The notes: generated by a model from the sequence alone, not told the origin. Positions 1 through 11,851 are shown, numbered from the stretch's first letter. The stretch is 64,000 bases of DNA from Prochlorococcus sp. AG-347-G22 (GCA_003281635.1 QCBK01000004.1:5614-69613), one strand, 5' to 3'. Numbers and translations: made by a program.

Positions 1-132
1 TTTTTTTGGTTAATTATAAGTTTCTCTTTATAATTTCTCTTAGGGGGTCCTTATTGCCTATTATTTGATAGTTCGACATAGTTCTTAATCTTTTAAACTG
101 TCGACTACCTTGTCAAAATATTTAAAAATTTA

Positions 133-1203
133 ATGACCACAATAGAAGATGCGAATTTTGCTTTACAAAAAGTTCTAGATGCTGGATCACAGAGAAATGT
201 AATTGAATTAGCTTGGATTAAAAATGTAAGAGTAACTATACCGAGAGTAATAGTAACATTATCATTACCATCGTTTGCAAATTCTCAGAGAAATAGAATT
301 GTACAAGAGGTTAAAGAAGTACTACTGAATTTTGAAGATATTGATGATGTTCAAATAGAGCTAGATAATAATCCTTCCAAAACAGAATCTCAAAATCAAA
401 GTAATGCGCCTGAGTTGCAGAAGATTGATGGAATTGCACATATCATAGCTGTTAGCAGTGGTAAAGGTGGAGTTGGGAAAAGTACCATTGCAGTTAATCT
501 AGCTTGTTCTCTAGCTAAATTAGGCTTAAAAACTGGTTTGCTGGATGCAGATATCTATGGACCTAATACTCCCTCAATGATGGGAGTTGCCGAACAGAAC
601 CCAAAGGTTACAGAGGGTAGTGGCAGTGATCAAAGGTTAATACCAATAGATAAATATGGAATTTCATTGGTATCAATGGGTTTCCTCATAGAAGAAGGTC
701 AGCCAGTTATATGGAGAGGACCAATGCTTAATAGTATTATTCGACAATTTTTGTACCAAGTTGAATGGAATAATCTTGATTTTTTGGTAATTGATTTGCC
801 TCCAGGAACCGGAGACGCTCAAATATCTCTTTCTCAATCTGTGCCTATTTCTGGAGCTATAGTTGTCACTACTCCTCAACAAGTATCCTTGCAAGATGCA
901 AGGAGAGGATTAGCAATGTTTAAACAACTCGGAGTCCCATTACTGGGAATTGTAGAAAATATGTCAGTATTTATTCCGCCAGATATGCCAAGTAAAAAAT
1001 ATGAAATTTTTGGTAAAGGTGGGGGAGAAAGATTAGCTAAAGAAAATGACTTACCATTATTAGCTCAAATCCCCATTGAAATCCCTCTCGTTGATGATAG
1101 TAATAAAGGTATACCAATCTCAGTAAGCCAGCCCAATAAAGAAAGTTCTTTAATATTTGGTAATTTAGCTCAATTTATTAAGAATCAATTCGTTAATAGT
1201 TAA
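133..1203 (+). CDS. mrp: Mrp/ApbC (NBP35) family Fe-S cluster carrier ATPase
   Basis: SSGKGGVGKST deviant Walker A, DADIYGP, WRGPM, DLPPGTGD motifs. Confidence 0.93.
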   Translation: MTTIEDANFALQKVLDAGSQRNVIELAWIKNVRVTIPRVIVTLSLPSFANSQRNRIVQEVKEVLLNFEDIDDVQIELDNNPSKTESQNQSNAPELQKIDGIAHIIAVSSGKGGVGKSTIAVNLACSLAKLGLKTGLLDADIYGPNTPSMMGVAEQNPKVTEGSGSDQRLIPIDKYGISLVSMGFLIEEGQPVIWRGPMLNSIIRQFLYQVEWNNLDFLVIDLPPGTGDAQISLSQSVPISGAIVVTTPQQVSLQDARRGLAMFKQLGVPLLGIVENMSVFIPPDMPSKKYEIFGKGGGERLAKENDLPLLAQIPIEIPLVDDSNKGIPISVSQPNKESSLIFGNLAQFIKNQFVNS

Positions 1204-1206
1204 TTG

Positions 1207-2475
1207 ATGTTTAAGAGAACTTTTTTATTAAACAATAGAGGATTTTTACAAAAAAAAGACAACTTTAATAGAGGTTTTTTATTTTCTCAACTACTTATAA
1301 TTCCACTTTTTTTAGTTATTATTTCTGGCTTATTAATAAAAAGTATTCAGGGTGATCATTTAGTATCCAACTATTTAGGTCATATCCTAACTGGTTTTTT
1401 AGGGTATTTTTTAGCATTTTTTATTTCTTATATACCTTTAGAGAGAATTAGAAAGTATGTGGTTCCATTTTATTTGTGTACTTTATTATCCTTATTACTA
1501 ATTTATTTTTTTGGGATTTCAGTTTCTGGAGCTCAAAGATGGCTAAACTTGGGCATCTTTTCTTTTCAGCCTTCAGAAGTAGCTAAAATTAGTACTGTAT
1601 TAACTCTTGCTTTAGTACTCGAAAAAAAAATAATTCTATCAATAAGAGATTTAGTATTGCCCTTATTTGTAGTGGTTATTCCTTGGTTATTAATTTTCTT
1701 TCAACCGGACTTAGGTACCTCTTTAGTTTTACTTGTTTTGACAAGTATGATGCTCTATTGGTCGCAAATGCCCATAGAGTGGGTTTTAATATTAGTTTTT
1801 TGTATTTTCACTTCTATATTATATCTAACCTTACCAACTCTTCTTATTTTCTGGATTCCTGTTATTGGATATCTTGCTTATAGATCTTCAAAAAAGAAAA
1901 TTATTTTTTCTGCTCTTGCTATTTCATTCCATTTATTAGTGGCAAAATTGACACCAATTTTGTGGCAATATGGCTTAAAAGAATATCAAAAAGATAGATT
2001 AGTTTTATTTTTAGATCCAAATAGAGACCCATTAGGTGGTGGATATCATTTAATACAGAGCCAAATTGCAATTGGTTCTGGAGGATTATTTGGCACTGGT
2101 TTGCTACAAGGTAAGCTGACTAATTTGCAATTTATCCCAGAACAACATACTGATTTTATATTCAGTGCTTTAGGCGAAGAATTGGGTTTTGTGGGGTGCA
2201 TAGTAGTTTTATTTTTGTTCTTTTTTTTGATTAAAAAGCTTATTAATACTGCAACAATTGCTAGGACTAAATTTGAATCTCTGATTGTTATTGGAATAGC
2301 CTCAACTTTTTTATTCCAAATAATTATTAACTTATTCATGACTATTGGGTTAGGACCAGTTACTGGAATTCCACTTCCTTTCATGAGCTATGGTCGAACG
2401 TCCTTGGTGACTAATTTTATGTCTATTGGATTTGTTATATCTATATTAAAACGTTCAAGATCATTAAGAAGTTGA
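1207..2475 (+). CDS. rodA: Rod shape-determining SEDS protein RodA (FtsW/RodA/SpoVE family)
   Basis: Polytopic membrane protein; GAQRW, FQPSE, QPDLGT, IPEQHTDFIF, GIPLPFMSYG motifs. Confidence 0.92.
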   Translation: MFKRTFLLNNRGFLQKKDNFNRGFLFSQLLIIPLFLVIISGLLIKSIQGDHLVSNYLGHILTGFLGYFLAFFISYIPLERIRKYVVPFYLCTLLSLLLIYFFGISVSGAQRWLNLGIFSFQPSEVAKISTVLTLALVLEKKIILSIRDLVLPLFVVVIPWLLIFFQPDLGTSLVLLVLTSMMLYWSQMPIEWVLILVFCIFTSILYLTLPTLLIFWIPVIGYLAYRSSKKKIIFSALAISFHLLVAKLTPILWQYGLKEYQKDRLVLFLDPNRDPLGGGYHLIQSQIAIGSGGLFGTGLLQGKLTNLQFIPEQHTDFIFSALGEELGFVGCIVVLFLFFFLIKKLINTATIARTKFESLIVIGIASTFLFQIIINLFMTIGLGPVTGIPLPFMSYGRTSLVTNFMSIGFVISILKRSRSLRS

Positions 2476-3839
2476 TGAAATCACAAATAACCATAAAAAA
2501 AATTCAAGAGCTCTTAAATAAACGAGTTCAAACCATATACGTGGATGATGATACATCCAGAAGAATGTGGTGGGCTTCTTTAGAAGTTATTCAAAAAGAT
2601 TTCTTATCTCAGAATTATAAACAGGGGGGGATCTGGGTTGCTTCGCCTTTGCCAGCTTTTAATGATAAAAAATTTTTAAATCAACTTCATGGATGGCTTT
2701 GGTCTCCTGAAGGGTTTCCATACTTTCAAAATGAAAATGCAGGTTTTTTACCAGTCAATAATTCAGAAAAGATAAAAAAAGATTACGATTTAGTTAGTAA
2801 TTATAAAGTCTTAAATCTTTGTCAGGAAGATGGCTATGAACCTTTTCTGATGGTAGTCACCCCAAATTTTCAATGCTTATTATCAATTGTAGGAGATAAA
2901 GATAAGAAAATTCTATTAATGAAGTGTGATGAAGAAAGCCTAAAACTTTCAATTGAATTAATGCACGCAAAATTAAATCAAGAAAATTATGAGGAAGGAG
3001 TGAAATTTCGTAATGCAATCAATAATTTAGGTAACCTTAATATTAACAATCAATTTGAAAAATTATTTTGGCCAATATTATCGGCAAAATTAGCAAATAA
3101 TACACCAAATCATAATATACAGAATTCTGTGAAAAATGATGAAAAAAATGTGCAAATAACTGAAGCAAAATTATTACGTGCAATTTCTCATGAAGTAAGA
3201 ACTCCTTTGGCAACTATAAGAACTCTAATTAGTTCTACTTTAAAAAAATATAAAATGGACGAATCAATGAGAAATCGTTTAATTCAAATAGATAATGAAT
3301 GTAATGAACAAATTGATAGGTTTGGTTTAATCTTTAATGCAGCAGAATTAGTTAGTAATGAAGAACCATCATTGAATAACTTGGCAAAAATTAATTTAGC
3401 CGAAATTTTCAAAAAGCTTTCTCCTTTATGGAATAAACAATTAAATCGACGTGGAATTTCTTTGAAGATAGATATCCCCAAACAACTTCCACAAATTTTG
3501 AGTGATTCTGAGAAATTAGAATTAATGTTAAGAGGATTAATTGATAAAAATACTAGAGGATTAAAAGAAGGTAGTACATTGATTTTAGAATTAAGACCAG
3601 CTGGTCAAAAACTTAAACTTCAACTCAAAGTACAAAAATTAGATAATAATCAAAAAGAAATTCAAAAAAAAGATAATGGTTCTGATATTGGTCCTGTTTT
3701 AAATTGGAACCCTCAAACTGGAAGTTTACAACTTAGTCAAAATGCCACACAGAAGTTGTTAGCAAGTTTAGGAGGGCATGTCACACAAAGACGTGATACT
3801 GGTTTAACAGTATTTTTTCCGATTTCAGATGCAAAATGA
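2475..3839 (+). CDS. Sensor histidine kinase (HisKA, divergent ATPase domain)
   Basis: H-box ISHEVRTPLATI; N and G boxes are degenerate. Confidence 0.85.
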   Translation: MKSQITIKKIQELLNKRVQTIYVDDDTSRRMWWASLEVIQKDFLSQNYKQGGIWVASPLPAFNDKKFLNQLHGWLWSPEGFPYFQNENAGFLPVNNSEKIKKDYDLVSNYKVLNLCQEDGYEPFLMVVTPNFQCLLSIVGDKDKKILLMKCDEESLKLSIELMHAKLNQENYEEGVKFRNAINNLGNLNINNQFEKLFWPILSAKLANNTPNHNIQNSVKNDEKNVQITEAKLLRAISHEVRTPLATIRTLISSTLKKYKMDESMRNRLIQIDNECNEQIDRFGLIFNAAELVSNEEPSLNNLAKINLAEIFKKLSPLWNKQLNRRGISLKIDIPKQLPQILSDSEKLELMLRGLIDKNTRGLKEGSTLILELRPAGQKLKLQLKVQKLDNNQKEIQKKDNGSDIGPVLNWNPQTGSLQLSQNATQKLLASLGGHVTQRRDTGLTVFFPISDAK

Positions 3840-3951
3840 AATGAGAATAAAGTTATACATATATTAAATAATGTAGAAAATTTCCTATTAATTTTGAATT
3901 TTGCAAAATATGAATGCTAGTTTCTTATTAGAAAATAACTTAAAAATTAGG

Positions 3952-4374
3952 ATGACTGAAACTTTAGTTGGTCAATTTCCAAAGCATATAGGAAGTACTG
4001 GGGGTTTATTAAACTCAGCAGAAACCGAAGAAAAATATGCAATTGTATGGAAAAGTTCAAAGGAACAAGCATTTGAATTGCCAACCGGTGGAGCGGCGAT
4101 TATGCATGAAGGTGATAATTTAATGTATTTTGCAAGAAAAGAACAATGCCTTGCATTAGGGACACAATTAAGGGCCTTCAAACCAAGAATTGAAGATTTT
4201 AAAATCTACCGAATTTTCCCTGGTGGCGATATTGAATTTTTACACCCAAAGGATGGTGTTTTCTCTGAAAAAGTAAATGAAGGCAGAGAGAAAGTAGGTC
4301 ATAATCCTAGAAGAATAGGTGAGAATCCTAATCCAGCTGGTTTGAAATTTACAACTAAGAATACTTTTGATTAA
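3952..4374 (+). CDS. psaD: Photosystem I subunit II PsaD
   Basis: [30 protein letters not shown]; start moved to the ATG at 3952. Confidence 0.97.
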   Translation: MTETLVGQFPKHIGSTGGLLNSAETEEKYAIVWKSSKEQAFELPTGGAAIMHEGDNLMYFARKEQCLALGTQLRAFKPRIEDFKIYRIFPGGDIEFLHPKDGVFSEKVNEGREKVGHNPRRIGENPNPAGLKFTTKNTFD

Positions 4375-4433
4375 CTTCCCTAAAGTTGATATAAAAGAAG
4401 AAAATAATTATAATTTGGGCTGACATTATTAAT

Positions 4434-5957
4434 ATGATCAGCTCACAAAAAGATAGTTTTTTCAAGGCTTACAAAGAAGGTAAAAATTTTATACCTATCA
4501 TTGAAACTTGGCCAGCAGATTTAGAGACTCCATTATCGACTTGGTTAAAATTATCTTCAAAAGATTACCATGGTGTTTTTCTTGAATCTGTAGAAGGTGG
4601 GGAGAATTTGGGTAGGTGGAGTATTGTTGCTACTAAACCTCTTTGGGAAGCCGTTTGTTATGGAGAAGAAATAATTAAAACTTGGAATAATGGCAAAACT
4701 GAAACACATAAAGGTGATCCTTTTGATATTTTAAGAAGTTGGACAAAGGAATATAAGTCAACCATGCTTGATGACTTTCCATCAATTGGTCAGTTGTATG
4801 GCTCTTGGGGTTATGAGTTAATAAATCGAATAGAACCAAGTGTTCCAATAAATGAAATTCCTGAAAACAATATCCCCTATGGTTCCTGGATGTTTTTTGA
4901 TCAGTTAGTCATTTTTGATCAAATAAAAAGATGTATTACTGCAGTGGTTTATGCAGATACAACTTCTTCAAAAGAGTGCTCAATTGAAGAGTTGTATCTA
5001 AACTCAATTTCTAAAATTCAGAAAACTAGAAATTTAATGAGGGTTCCTCTAAAAGAAAATGAGTTTTTAGATTGGAATGAAAATGAGAATTTAAATTTAG
5101 ATCTAGAAAGTAATTGGGAGAAAAAAGATTTTGAGGATGCAGTTCTCTCTGCAAAAGAATACATAAGAAAGGGAGATATCTTTCAAATAGTTATCAGTCA
5201 GAGATTTCAAACGCAAGTCAATAATGATCCCTTTAATTTATATAGAAGTTTGAGGATGGTAAATCCATCTCCATACATGTCATTTTTTGATTTCGGCTCA
5301 TGGTATCTCATAGGTTCAAGTCCTGAAGTAATGGTTAAAGCAGAAAAAAATAAAAATAGTCAGATTGTTGCAAGCTTAAGACCAATAGCTGGCACAAGGC
5401 CTAGAGGTATTGATAATCAACAAGACTTGGAATTAGAAAAGGAATTATTAAAAGATCCAAAAGAGATAGCTGAGCATGTCATGCTAATTGATCTTGGGAG
5501 AAATGATCTTGGAAGAGTTTGTGAAATTGGTACTGTCAAGGTCAAGGATTTAATGGTTATTGAGAAATATTCACATGTTATGCATATAGTCAGTCAAGTT
5601 GAGGGAATCTTAAAAAATAATGCTGATGTATGGGATTTACTCAAAGCATCCTTTCCCGCTGGGACAGTAACTGGCGCCCCAAAAATAAGAGCTATGCAAT
5701 TGATTAAGCATTTTGAAAAAGATGCTAGAGGACCTTATGCTGGTGTATACGGATCTATTGATATTAATGGTGCATTAAATACAGCAATTACGATAAGAAC
5801 CATGATAGTTAAACCCTCAAGAGATGGAAAATATGATGTATCAGTGCAAGCAGGAGCTGGAATAGTTGCTGATTCTTTTCCTGAAAATGAATATCAAGAG
5901 ACGATAAATAAAGCAAAGGGGATACTTAAAGCGTTAGCCTGTTTGATAAATAAATGA
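4434..5957 (+). CDS. trpE: Anthranilate synthase component I
   Basis: LESVEGGE, NPSPYM, GSSPE, RPIAGTRPRG, AEHVMLIDLGRND, FPAGTVTGAPK. Confidence 0.95.
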   Translation: MISSQKDSFFKAYKEGKNFIPIIETWPADLETPLSTWLKLSSKDYHGVFLESVEGGENLGRWSIVATKPLWEAVCYGEEIIKTWNNGKTETHKGDPFDILRSWTKEYKSTMLDDFPSIGQLYGSWGYELINRIEPSVPINEIPENNIPYGSWMFFDQLVIFDQIKRCITAVVYADTTSSKECSIEELYLNSISKIQKTRNLMRVPLKENEFLDWNENENLNLDLESNWEKKDFEDAVLSAKEYIRKGDIFQIVISQRFQTQVNNDPFNLYRSLRMVNPSPYMSFFDFGSWYLIGSSPEVMVKAEKNKNSQIVASLRPIAGTRPRGIDNQQDLELEKELLKDPKEIAEHVMLIDLGRNDLGRVCEIGTVKVKDLMVIEKYSHVMHIVSQVEGILKNNADVWDLLKASFPAGTVTGAPKIRAMQLIKHFEKDARGPYAGVYGSIDINGALNTAITIRTMIVKPSRDGKYDVSVQAGAGIVADSFPENEYQETINKAKGILKALACLINK

Positions 5958-7063
5958 CTCAAAATAATCTTTATAAGGGTTTTGAGGTGGAACTTTTCAC
6001 AGGTTCTTTAAATTCTCATATTGGTGTTTCGGCTGAAATTGAGAGAAAATTTCCTGATTTTGTAAAAGAGCCAGATAACAGAAACGTTGAATACATAACA
6101 ATACCTGAAAAAGATTACGGTTCTTTATATGAGAAATTAATAACTCCAAGAAAAAAGTTAAGGAAGTGGCTAAATTCTAAAAATTTAACAATCATTCCTT
6201 CATCCACTCTTTGTTTTAAACACGATACTCAATTTCAAAGATCTGATATTGACAATGTCTATCATCAATTTATTCAAGAGAATTATGGAATATCTATTGC
6301 AACTTCAAGTGTCCATATAAACATAGGAATAGATGATTTAGATAAACTTTTTACAGCTGTAAGACTTATAAGATCTGAGGCTGCTTTATATCTATCATTA
6401 AGTGCAAGTTCACCTTTTTTAAATAATAAAATTACGAATAATCACTCCCAGAGATGGATCCAGTTTCCTAAAACACCAAGTAGAGTACCTTTTTTTGTAA
6501 ATCATAATTCTTATATCGACTGGATAGAGGAAAATATATCTAGTAAAAACATGCAAAATATTAGGCATTTTTGGTCGTCAATACGACCAAATGGTCCCCA
6601 AAGACCTTTAATTCTTGATCGTTTGGAATTAAGAATTTGTGATTTTGTTCACGATATTAATCTGCTTTTAGGAATAACAGCCATGATAGAACTAAGGATT
6701 TTAAATCTTTTTGAAAATATAAATACCTTAGATCCTTTGCATGCTAGTTCTTTTTCTATGGATGAGTTGTCAGAAATATGTGATCAAAATGAAATAAATG
6801 CTGCTAAAGATAGTCTGAATTCAGTGTTAATTCACTGGCAAGATGGCAATAGAGTTATTTGTAGAGAATGGATTCAAAACTTATTATCAGATTTATCATC
6901 CACAGCAGAAAAGTTTGGTATGAAACCTCTTTTAGATCCTATCTATAAAGTGCTTGAAGAAGGAAATCAATCTATGAGATGGATAAATCAATATGAAAAA
7001 GGTCTTTCTATTGAGCAGATAATGAAAATTTCTATCGAAGATATGATTAGGAGTGAGGCCTAA
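5954..7063 (+). CDS. gshA: Glutamate--cysteine ligase, cyanobacterial type
   Basis: KGFEVELFTG, SVHINIG, SASSPF, RPNGPQRP, RLELRICD (GCS2 fold). Confidence 0.85.
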   Translation: MTQNNLYKGFEVELFTGSLNSHIGVSAEIERKFPDFVKEPDNRNVEYITIPEKDYGSLYEKLITPRKKLRKWLNSKNLTIIPSSTLCFKHDTQFQRSDIDNVYHQFIQENYGISIATSSVHINIGIDDLDKLFTAVRLIRSEAALYLSLSASSPFLNNKITNNHSQRWIQFPKTPSRVPFFVNHNSYIDWIEENISSKNMQNIRHFWSSIRPNGPQRPLILDRLELRICDFVHDINLLLGITAMIELRILNLFENINTLDPLHASSFSMDELSEICDQNEINAAKDSLNSVLIHWQDGNRVICREWIQNLLSDLSSTAEKFGMKPLLDPIYKVLEEGNQSMRWINQYEKGLSIEQIMKISIEDMIRSEA

Positions 7064-7125
7064 AATGTTTGATTATTTAAATAAACATTTGATCTGAACA
7101 TTTTCAATTGTGACATAATGATTAT

Positions 7126-10095
7126 ATGGAATCTTTTCGACAGATAAAAAATAATAACGTGGATCTGATAAGTAACAATGATCCACTTGATAAAAATCGT
7201 CTTTTAATTGAAGATCTCTGGGAATCTGTACTCAGAGAAGAATGCCCAGATGATCAAGCAGAGAGGTTGATACAGCTTAAAGAATTAAGTTATTCAAAAC
7301 AAATTGATGGTGAAAGTTCAAAAACTTTTAAAAATGAAATAGTTGATATTGTAAATTCTATGGATTTAGCAGAATCCATAGCTGCAGCAAGGGCGTTTTC
7401 ATTATATTTTCAACTTGTGAATATTTTGGAACAACGAGTTGAGGAAGATAGATATATTCAAAGCTTTACCAATAAGGATGTTCAAAAATCGCCCGATAAT
7501 CTTGATCCTTTTGCCCCAGCGTTGGCTAGGCAAAATGCTCCAGTAACTTTTAGAGAATTATTCTACAGGCTGAGAAAATTAAATGTGCCACCAGGAAAAC
7601 TAGAGGAGTTATTACAGGAAATGGATATTCGTTTAGTTTTTACTGCACATCCGACGGAGATAGTAAGACATACCATTAGACATAAGCAAACAAGAGTAGC
7701 AAATTTGTTAAAAAAAATACAAATTGAGCAATTTCTAACAAAAGAAGAAAAAATTTCTCTAAAAACCCAATTAAAAGAGGAAGTAAGACTTTGGTGGAGA
7801 ACAGATGAATTGCATCAATTTAAACCTTCAGTTTTAGATGAAGTTGATTATGCTTTGCATTATTTTCAGCAAGTTTTATTTAATGCTATGCCTCAATTGA
7901 GGGGCAGGATCGCTGAAGCTCTTACCGAAAATTATCCAGACGTTCAGTTGCCCTCAGAATCTTTTTGTAACTTTGGTTCTTGGGTAGGCTCTGATAGGGA
8001 CGGTAATCCATCAGTAACTCCGGAGATAACATGGAGAACTGCTTGCTACCAAAGGCAGTTGATGTTGGAAAGATATATTATTGCGACGTCTAATCTTAGA
8101 GATCAATTAAGTGTGTCGATGCAATGGAGTCAAGTAAGTTCCTCCTTATTAGAATCACTCGAAACTGATAGGGTTAAGTTCCCTGAAATATATGAATCTA
8201 GAGCTACAAGGTATAGATCAGAACCCTATAGATTAAAATTAAGTTATATCTTAGAGAAATTAAGGTTAACACAAGAAAGAAATAATTTATTAGCTGATAG
8301 CGGGTGGAAATTTGAACTGGAGGGAGAAATTGACAACAAAAATCTAGATAAAGTTGAAGGCTTATATTACAAGTCAGTAAACGAATTTACTTATGATCTA
8401 GAACTAATTAAAAATAGCTTAATTAGTACAGATTTAACTTGTGAGTCTGTAGACAACTTACTTACTCAGGTTCATATTTTTGGATTTTCTTTAGCAAGTT
8501 TAGATATTCGTCAAGAGAGTACAAGGCATAGTGACGCTATACAAGAGCTTACGAATTATCTTGATTTATCTGTTCGATATGACGAAATGTCTGAAGAACA
8601 GAAAATTAAATGGCTTATTGACGAATTAAATACAAAAAGGCCTTTAATTCCATCTGAGGTTAACTGGACAAAAACTACAGAAGAAACCTTTTCAGTTTTT
8701 AAAATGGTTAAGAGACTTCAGCAAGAATTTGGAAGCCGCATTTGTCATTCTTATGTAATTTCGATGAGTCATAGTGCATCTGATTTGCTTGAAGTTCTCT
8801 TACTGGCAAAAGAAATGGGACTTCTTGATCAAAATTCACAAAAGTCAAAATTATTAGTTGTTCCTCTTTTTGAAACTGTGGAAGACCTTAAAAGAGCACC
8901 AGAAGTAATGGAAAAGTTGTTTAAATTAGATTTCTATAGATCATTATTGCCAAAAGTAGGAGAATCTTTTAAACCTCTACAAGAATTAATGCTTGGATAT
9001 TCTGATAGTAATAAAGATTCTGGATTTGTTTCTAGTAATTGGGAAATTCATAGAGCGCAAATAGCTCTTCAAAATCTCTCAAGTAGAAATAACATATTGC
9101 TAAGACTGTTTCATGGAAGAGGTGGTTCTGTAGGGAGAGGAGGAGGACCAGCCTATCAGGCAATATTGGCTCAACCAAGCGGCACTTTAAAAGGACGAAT
9201 AAAAATAACGGAACAAGGTGAAGTTTTAGCTTCTAAATATAGTCTACCCGAACTTGCTTTGTACAATCTTGAGACTGTAACTACAGCGGTTATTCAAAAT
9301 AGTTTGGTAAATAATAGACTTGACGCTACTCCAGAATGGAATCAATTAATGTCTAGGCTGGCAGAAACATCAAGGTCTCATTACAGAAAATTAGTGCATG
9401 AAAATCCTGATTTGTTAAATTTCTTTCAAGAGGTCACTCCAATAGAAGAAATAAGTAAATTACAGATATCTAGTAGGCCTGCTAGAAGAAAAAAAGGTGC
9501 AAAAGATTTGTCAAGCTTAAGAGCTATTCCATGGGTATTTGGTTGGACACAAAGTAGATTTCTTTTGCCAAGTTGGTTTGGAGTAGGCACTGCATTGTCA
9601 TCTGAATTAAATTCAGATCCACAACAAATTGAACTATTAAGAGTTCTGCATCAAAGATGGCCATTTTTTAGGATGCTTATATCTAAGGTGGAAATGACAT
9701 TATCGAAGGTTGATCTTGAAGTTGCTAGATATTATGTTGATACTCTTGGCAGTAAAGAAAATAAAGATTCTTTTGATGATATTTTTGAAGTAATTTCTAA
9801 AGAATATAATCTTACAAAATCTTTAATACTTGAAATTACTGGTAAAAATAAGCTCCTAGAATCTGATAGAGACTTGAAATCATCAGTAAGCTTGAGAAAT
9901 AAGACCATTATTCCTTTAGGGTTTTTGCAGGTTTCACTTCTAAGAAGATTAAGAGACCAAACAAGACAACCTCCAATAAGCGAATTTCTTATAGATAAAG
10001 ATGAATCTAGAAGAGCATACAGCAGAAGTGAACTATTGAGGGGGGCACTTTTAACTATTAATGGGATAGCAGCTGGTATGAGAAATACAGGTTGA
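7126..10095 (+). CDS. ppc: Phosphoenolpyruvate carboxylase
   Basis: [37 protein letters not shown]-terminal GMRNTG. Confidence 0.98.
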   Translation: MESFRQIKNNNVDLISNNDPLDKNRLLIEDLWESVLREECPDDQAERLIQLKELSYSKQIDGESSKTFKNEIVDIVNSMDLAESIAAARAFSLYFQLVNILEQRVEEDRYIQSFTNKDVQKSPDNLDPFAPALARQNAPVTFRELFYRLRKLNVPPGKLEELLQEMDIRLVFTAHPTEIVRHTIRHKQTRVANLLKKIQIEQFLTKEEKISLKTQLKEEVRLWWRTDELHQFKPSVLDEVDYALHYFQQVLFNAMPQLRGRIAEALTENYPDVQLPSESFCNFGSWVGSDRDGNPSVTPEITWRTACYQRQLMLERYIIATSNLRDQLSVSMQWSQVSSSLLESLETDRVKFPEIYESRATRYRSEPYRLKLSYILEKLRLTQERNNLLADSGWKFELEGEIDNKNLDKVEGLYYKSVNEFTYDLELIKNSLISTDLTCESVDNLLTQVHIFGFSLASLDIRQESTRHSDAIQELTNYLDLSVRYDEMSEEQKIKWLIDELNTKRPLIPSEVNWTKTTEETFSVFKMVKRLQQEFGSRICHSYVISMSHSASDLLEVLLLAKEMGLLDQNSQKSKLLVVPLFETVEDLKRAPEVMEKLFKLDFYRSLLPKVGESFKPLQELMLGYSDSNKDSGFVSSNWEIHRAQIALQNLSSRNNILLRLFHGRGGSVGRGGGPAYQAILAQPSGTLKGRIKITEQGEVLASKYSLPELALYNLETVTTAVIQNSLVNNRLDATPEWNQLMSRLAETSRSHYRKLVHENPDLLNFFQEVTPIEEISKLQISSRPARRKKGAKDLSSLRAIPWVFGWTQSRFLLPSWFGVGTALSSELNSDPQQIELLRVLHQRWPFFRMLISKVEMTLSKVDLEVARYYVDTLGSKENKDSFDDIFEVISKEYNLTKSLILEITGKNKLLESDRDLKSSVSLRNKTIIPLGFLQVSLLRRLRDQTRQPPISEFLIDKDESRRAYSRSELLRGALLTINGIAAGMRNTG

Positions 10096-10098
10096 TAA

Positions 10099-10545
10099 TT
10101 GCAATATTTTTCTAAAAAAAAACTTGTTCTTCCAGAAGGTTATTTTGTTAACTCTTCTCAAATCCCATCAGCAAAAGAAGTTAACAAACTTTTAGCGAAT
10201 TGTGGTTGTGAGACATTTCCAATAAAGCCTCTTTCAGAGGCAATTCAGAAAAGTAATTTCTTTTTTACTATACAAAGTGAATTAAAAAATAAATTATTTG
10301 GCTTTGTAAGGGTTACGTCCGACAGGGGATTGAATGCTAACTTGTGGAATTTAAGCGCGTTGCCGGGAAATAATCAGCAACTTTATTATTCAATATTGCT
10401 TCAAGTAACTCTTGAGAAAATAAATAGAGAAATGCCTGGATGCAGTATTTCTGTACAGGCTCCAGTATCTTCGTTTATGAGTTTAGAGGAAAATGGATTC
10501 ATACTAGATCCAAATGGAATAAGAGTAATGGGATATAAACTTTAA
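10099..10545 (+). CDS. Conserved GNAT-like N-acetyltransferase
   Basis: LFGFVRVTSD...ANLWNL resembles GNAT motif A region. Confidence 0.6.
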   Translation: MQYFSKKKLVLPEGYFVNSSQIPSAKEVNKLLANCGCETFPIKPLSEAIQKSNFFFTIQSELKNKLFGFVRVTSDRGLNANLWNLSALPGNNQQLYYSILLQVTLEKINREMPGCSISVQAPVSSFMSLEENGFILDPNGIRVMGYKL

Positions 10546-10556
10546 AAATTATTTTA

Positions 10557-10630
10557 CGAGCATGGAGGGATTCGAACCCCCGACTCTCAGAACCGGAATC
10601 TGATGCTCTATCCAACTGAGCTACATGCCC
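10557..10630 (-). tRNA. tRNA-Arg(CCG)
   Basis: Reverse complement GGGCATGTAGCTCAGTTGGATAGAGC...TCAGA-TT-CCG-GT-TCTGA...GGTTCGAATCC folds as a cloverleaf. Confidence 0.96.
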
Positions 10631-11800
10631 TTCAATTTTTTCAATTTCTTTAAAGAAAATCTAAATATTTTAAACTTAGCTAATTTAATTAATGAATGCA
10701 CAAAAAAAATTTTTTTAAATAAATTAAAAATTAAAAATTTTCGGAACTATAAAAGTTTTGAAATTGATTTAAAAGAGCAAAGAGCAATTGTTCTTGGCCG
10801 CAATGGTATTGGCAAGTCAAATTTACTTGAATCGATTGAATTTTTAAGTCAATTAAAATCTAATAGAGCATTAAGCGATAAAGATTTAATAGAGAACGAC
10901 AGTGATATGGCTGTAGTTATAGGACAGATAAATTTTGAAGACGATTTAAAGTTAAATTTATTCCGAAAAGGTCCTAAAAGAATTTATGTCAATGAATCAA
11001 TCTTGAAAAAACAGAGTGAGATAAAGAATTATATCCGAAGTGTATGTTTCTGTTCCAATGATATAGACATTGTAAGGAGTGAACCCAGTTATCGAAGAAC
11101 ATGGATTGATAAAGTCGTATCTCAGCTTGAACCAGTATATTTAGACCTGATAAGTAGATTTAATAGGCTTTTAAAACAAAGAAGTCATTTTTGGCGTTCG
11201 GAAAGTTTCTTAAAAACCCAATCCACAGATATTATTGAAAGCTTTGATATTCAAATGTCAATAATAAGTACAAGAATTTTTAGGCGCAGAAGAAGAGCTT
11301 TATTAAAAATAAAACCATATGTTGAATATTGGCATAATCATTTAAGTAAATCTCAAGAGCAAATAGACATAAATTATCTTTCGGGGATACAAAATATAAG
11401 TCCAGAAGGAGAAGAAGAAGAAGTTATTAAAAAAAAAATATTAGAACAACTATTAAATCAGCGATCAATAGAAGCGTTGACTGGTAAATGTAATTTTGGA
11501 CCTCATCGTGATGATGTTGAGTTTCTAATCAATAATGTTTCAGTTAGAAAATATGGTTCCTCAGGACAGCAAAGAACTTTTATCTTGGCTTTAAAGATGG
11601 CTGAACTTGATTTATTAACTAAAACATTAAATGTTCCTCCAATACTTATTTTAGATGATGTCTTGGCGGAATTAGATTTAACCAGGCAAAATTTGTTATT
11701 AAATTCTGTTGGTAAGGATAGTCAATGTTTTATAAGTGCGACACATTTAGATAAATTTAATCATTCTTTCCTAGGCTCTTCACAAATGATTCACTTATAG
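10625..11800 (+). CDS. recF: DNA replication/repair protein RecF (start uncertain)
   Basis: KNFRNY, GRNGIGKSNLLE Walker A, GPHRDD, GSSGQQR, LILDDVLAELD. Confidence 0.95.
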   Translation: MPFNFFNFFKENLNILNLANLINECTKKIFLNKLKIKNFRNYKSFEIDLKEQRAIVLGRNGIGKSNLLESIEFLSQLKSNRALSDKDLIENDSDMAVVIGQINFEDDLKLNLFRKGPKRIYVNESILKKQSEIKNYIRSVCFCSNDIDIVRSEPSYRRTWIDKVVSQLEPVYLDLISRFNRLLKQRSHFWRSESFLKTQSTDIIESFDIQMSIISTRIFRRRRRALLKIKPYVEYWHNHLSKSQEQIDINYLSGIQNISPEGEEEEVIKKKILEQLLNQRSIEALTGKCNFGPHRDDVEFLINNVSVRKYGSSGQQRTFILALKMAELDLLTKTLNVPPILILDDVLAELDLTRQNLLLNSVGKDSQCFISATHLDKFNHSFLGSSQMIHL

Positions 11801-11851
11801 TTTAAAAAGTCATTATTTTTAGCTAATCTTGATTTCATATAAATTTATTGA

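Noticed and set aside
14-79. 21-codon minus-strand ORF at the window start
   Set aside because: Too short, with no motif support; probably intergenic.
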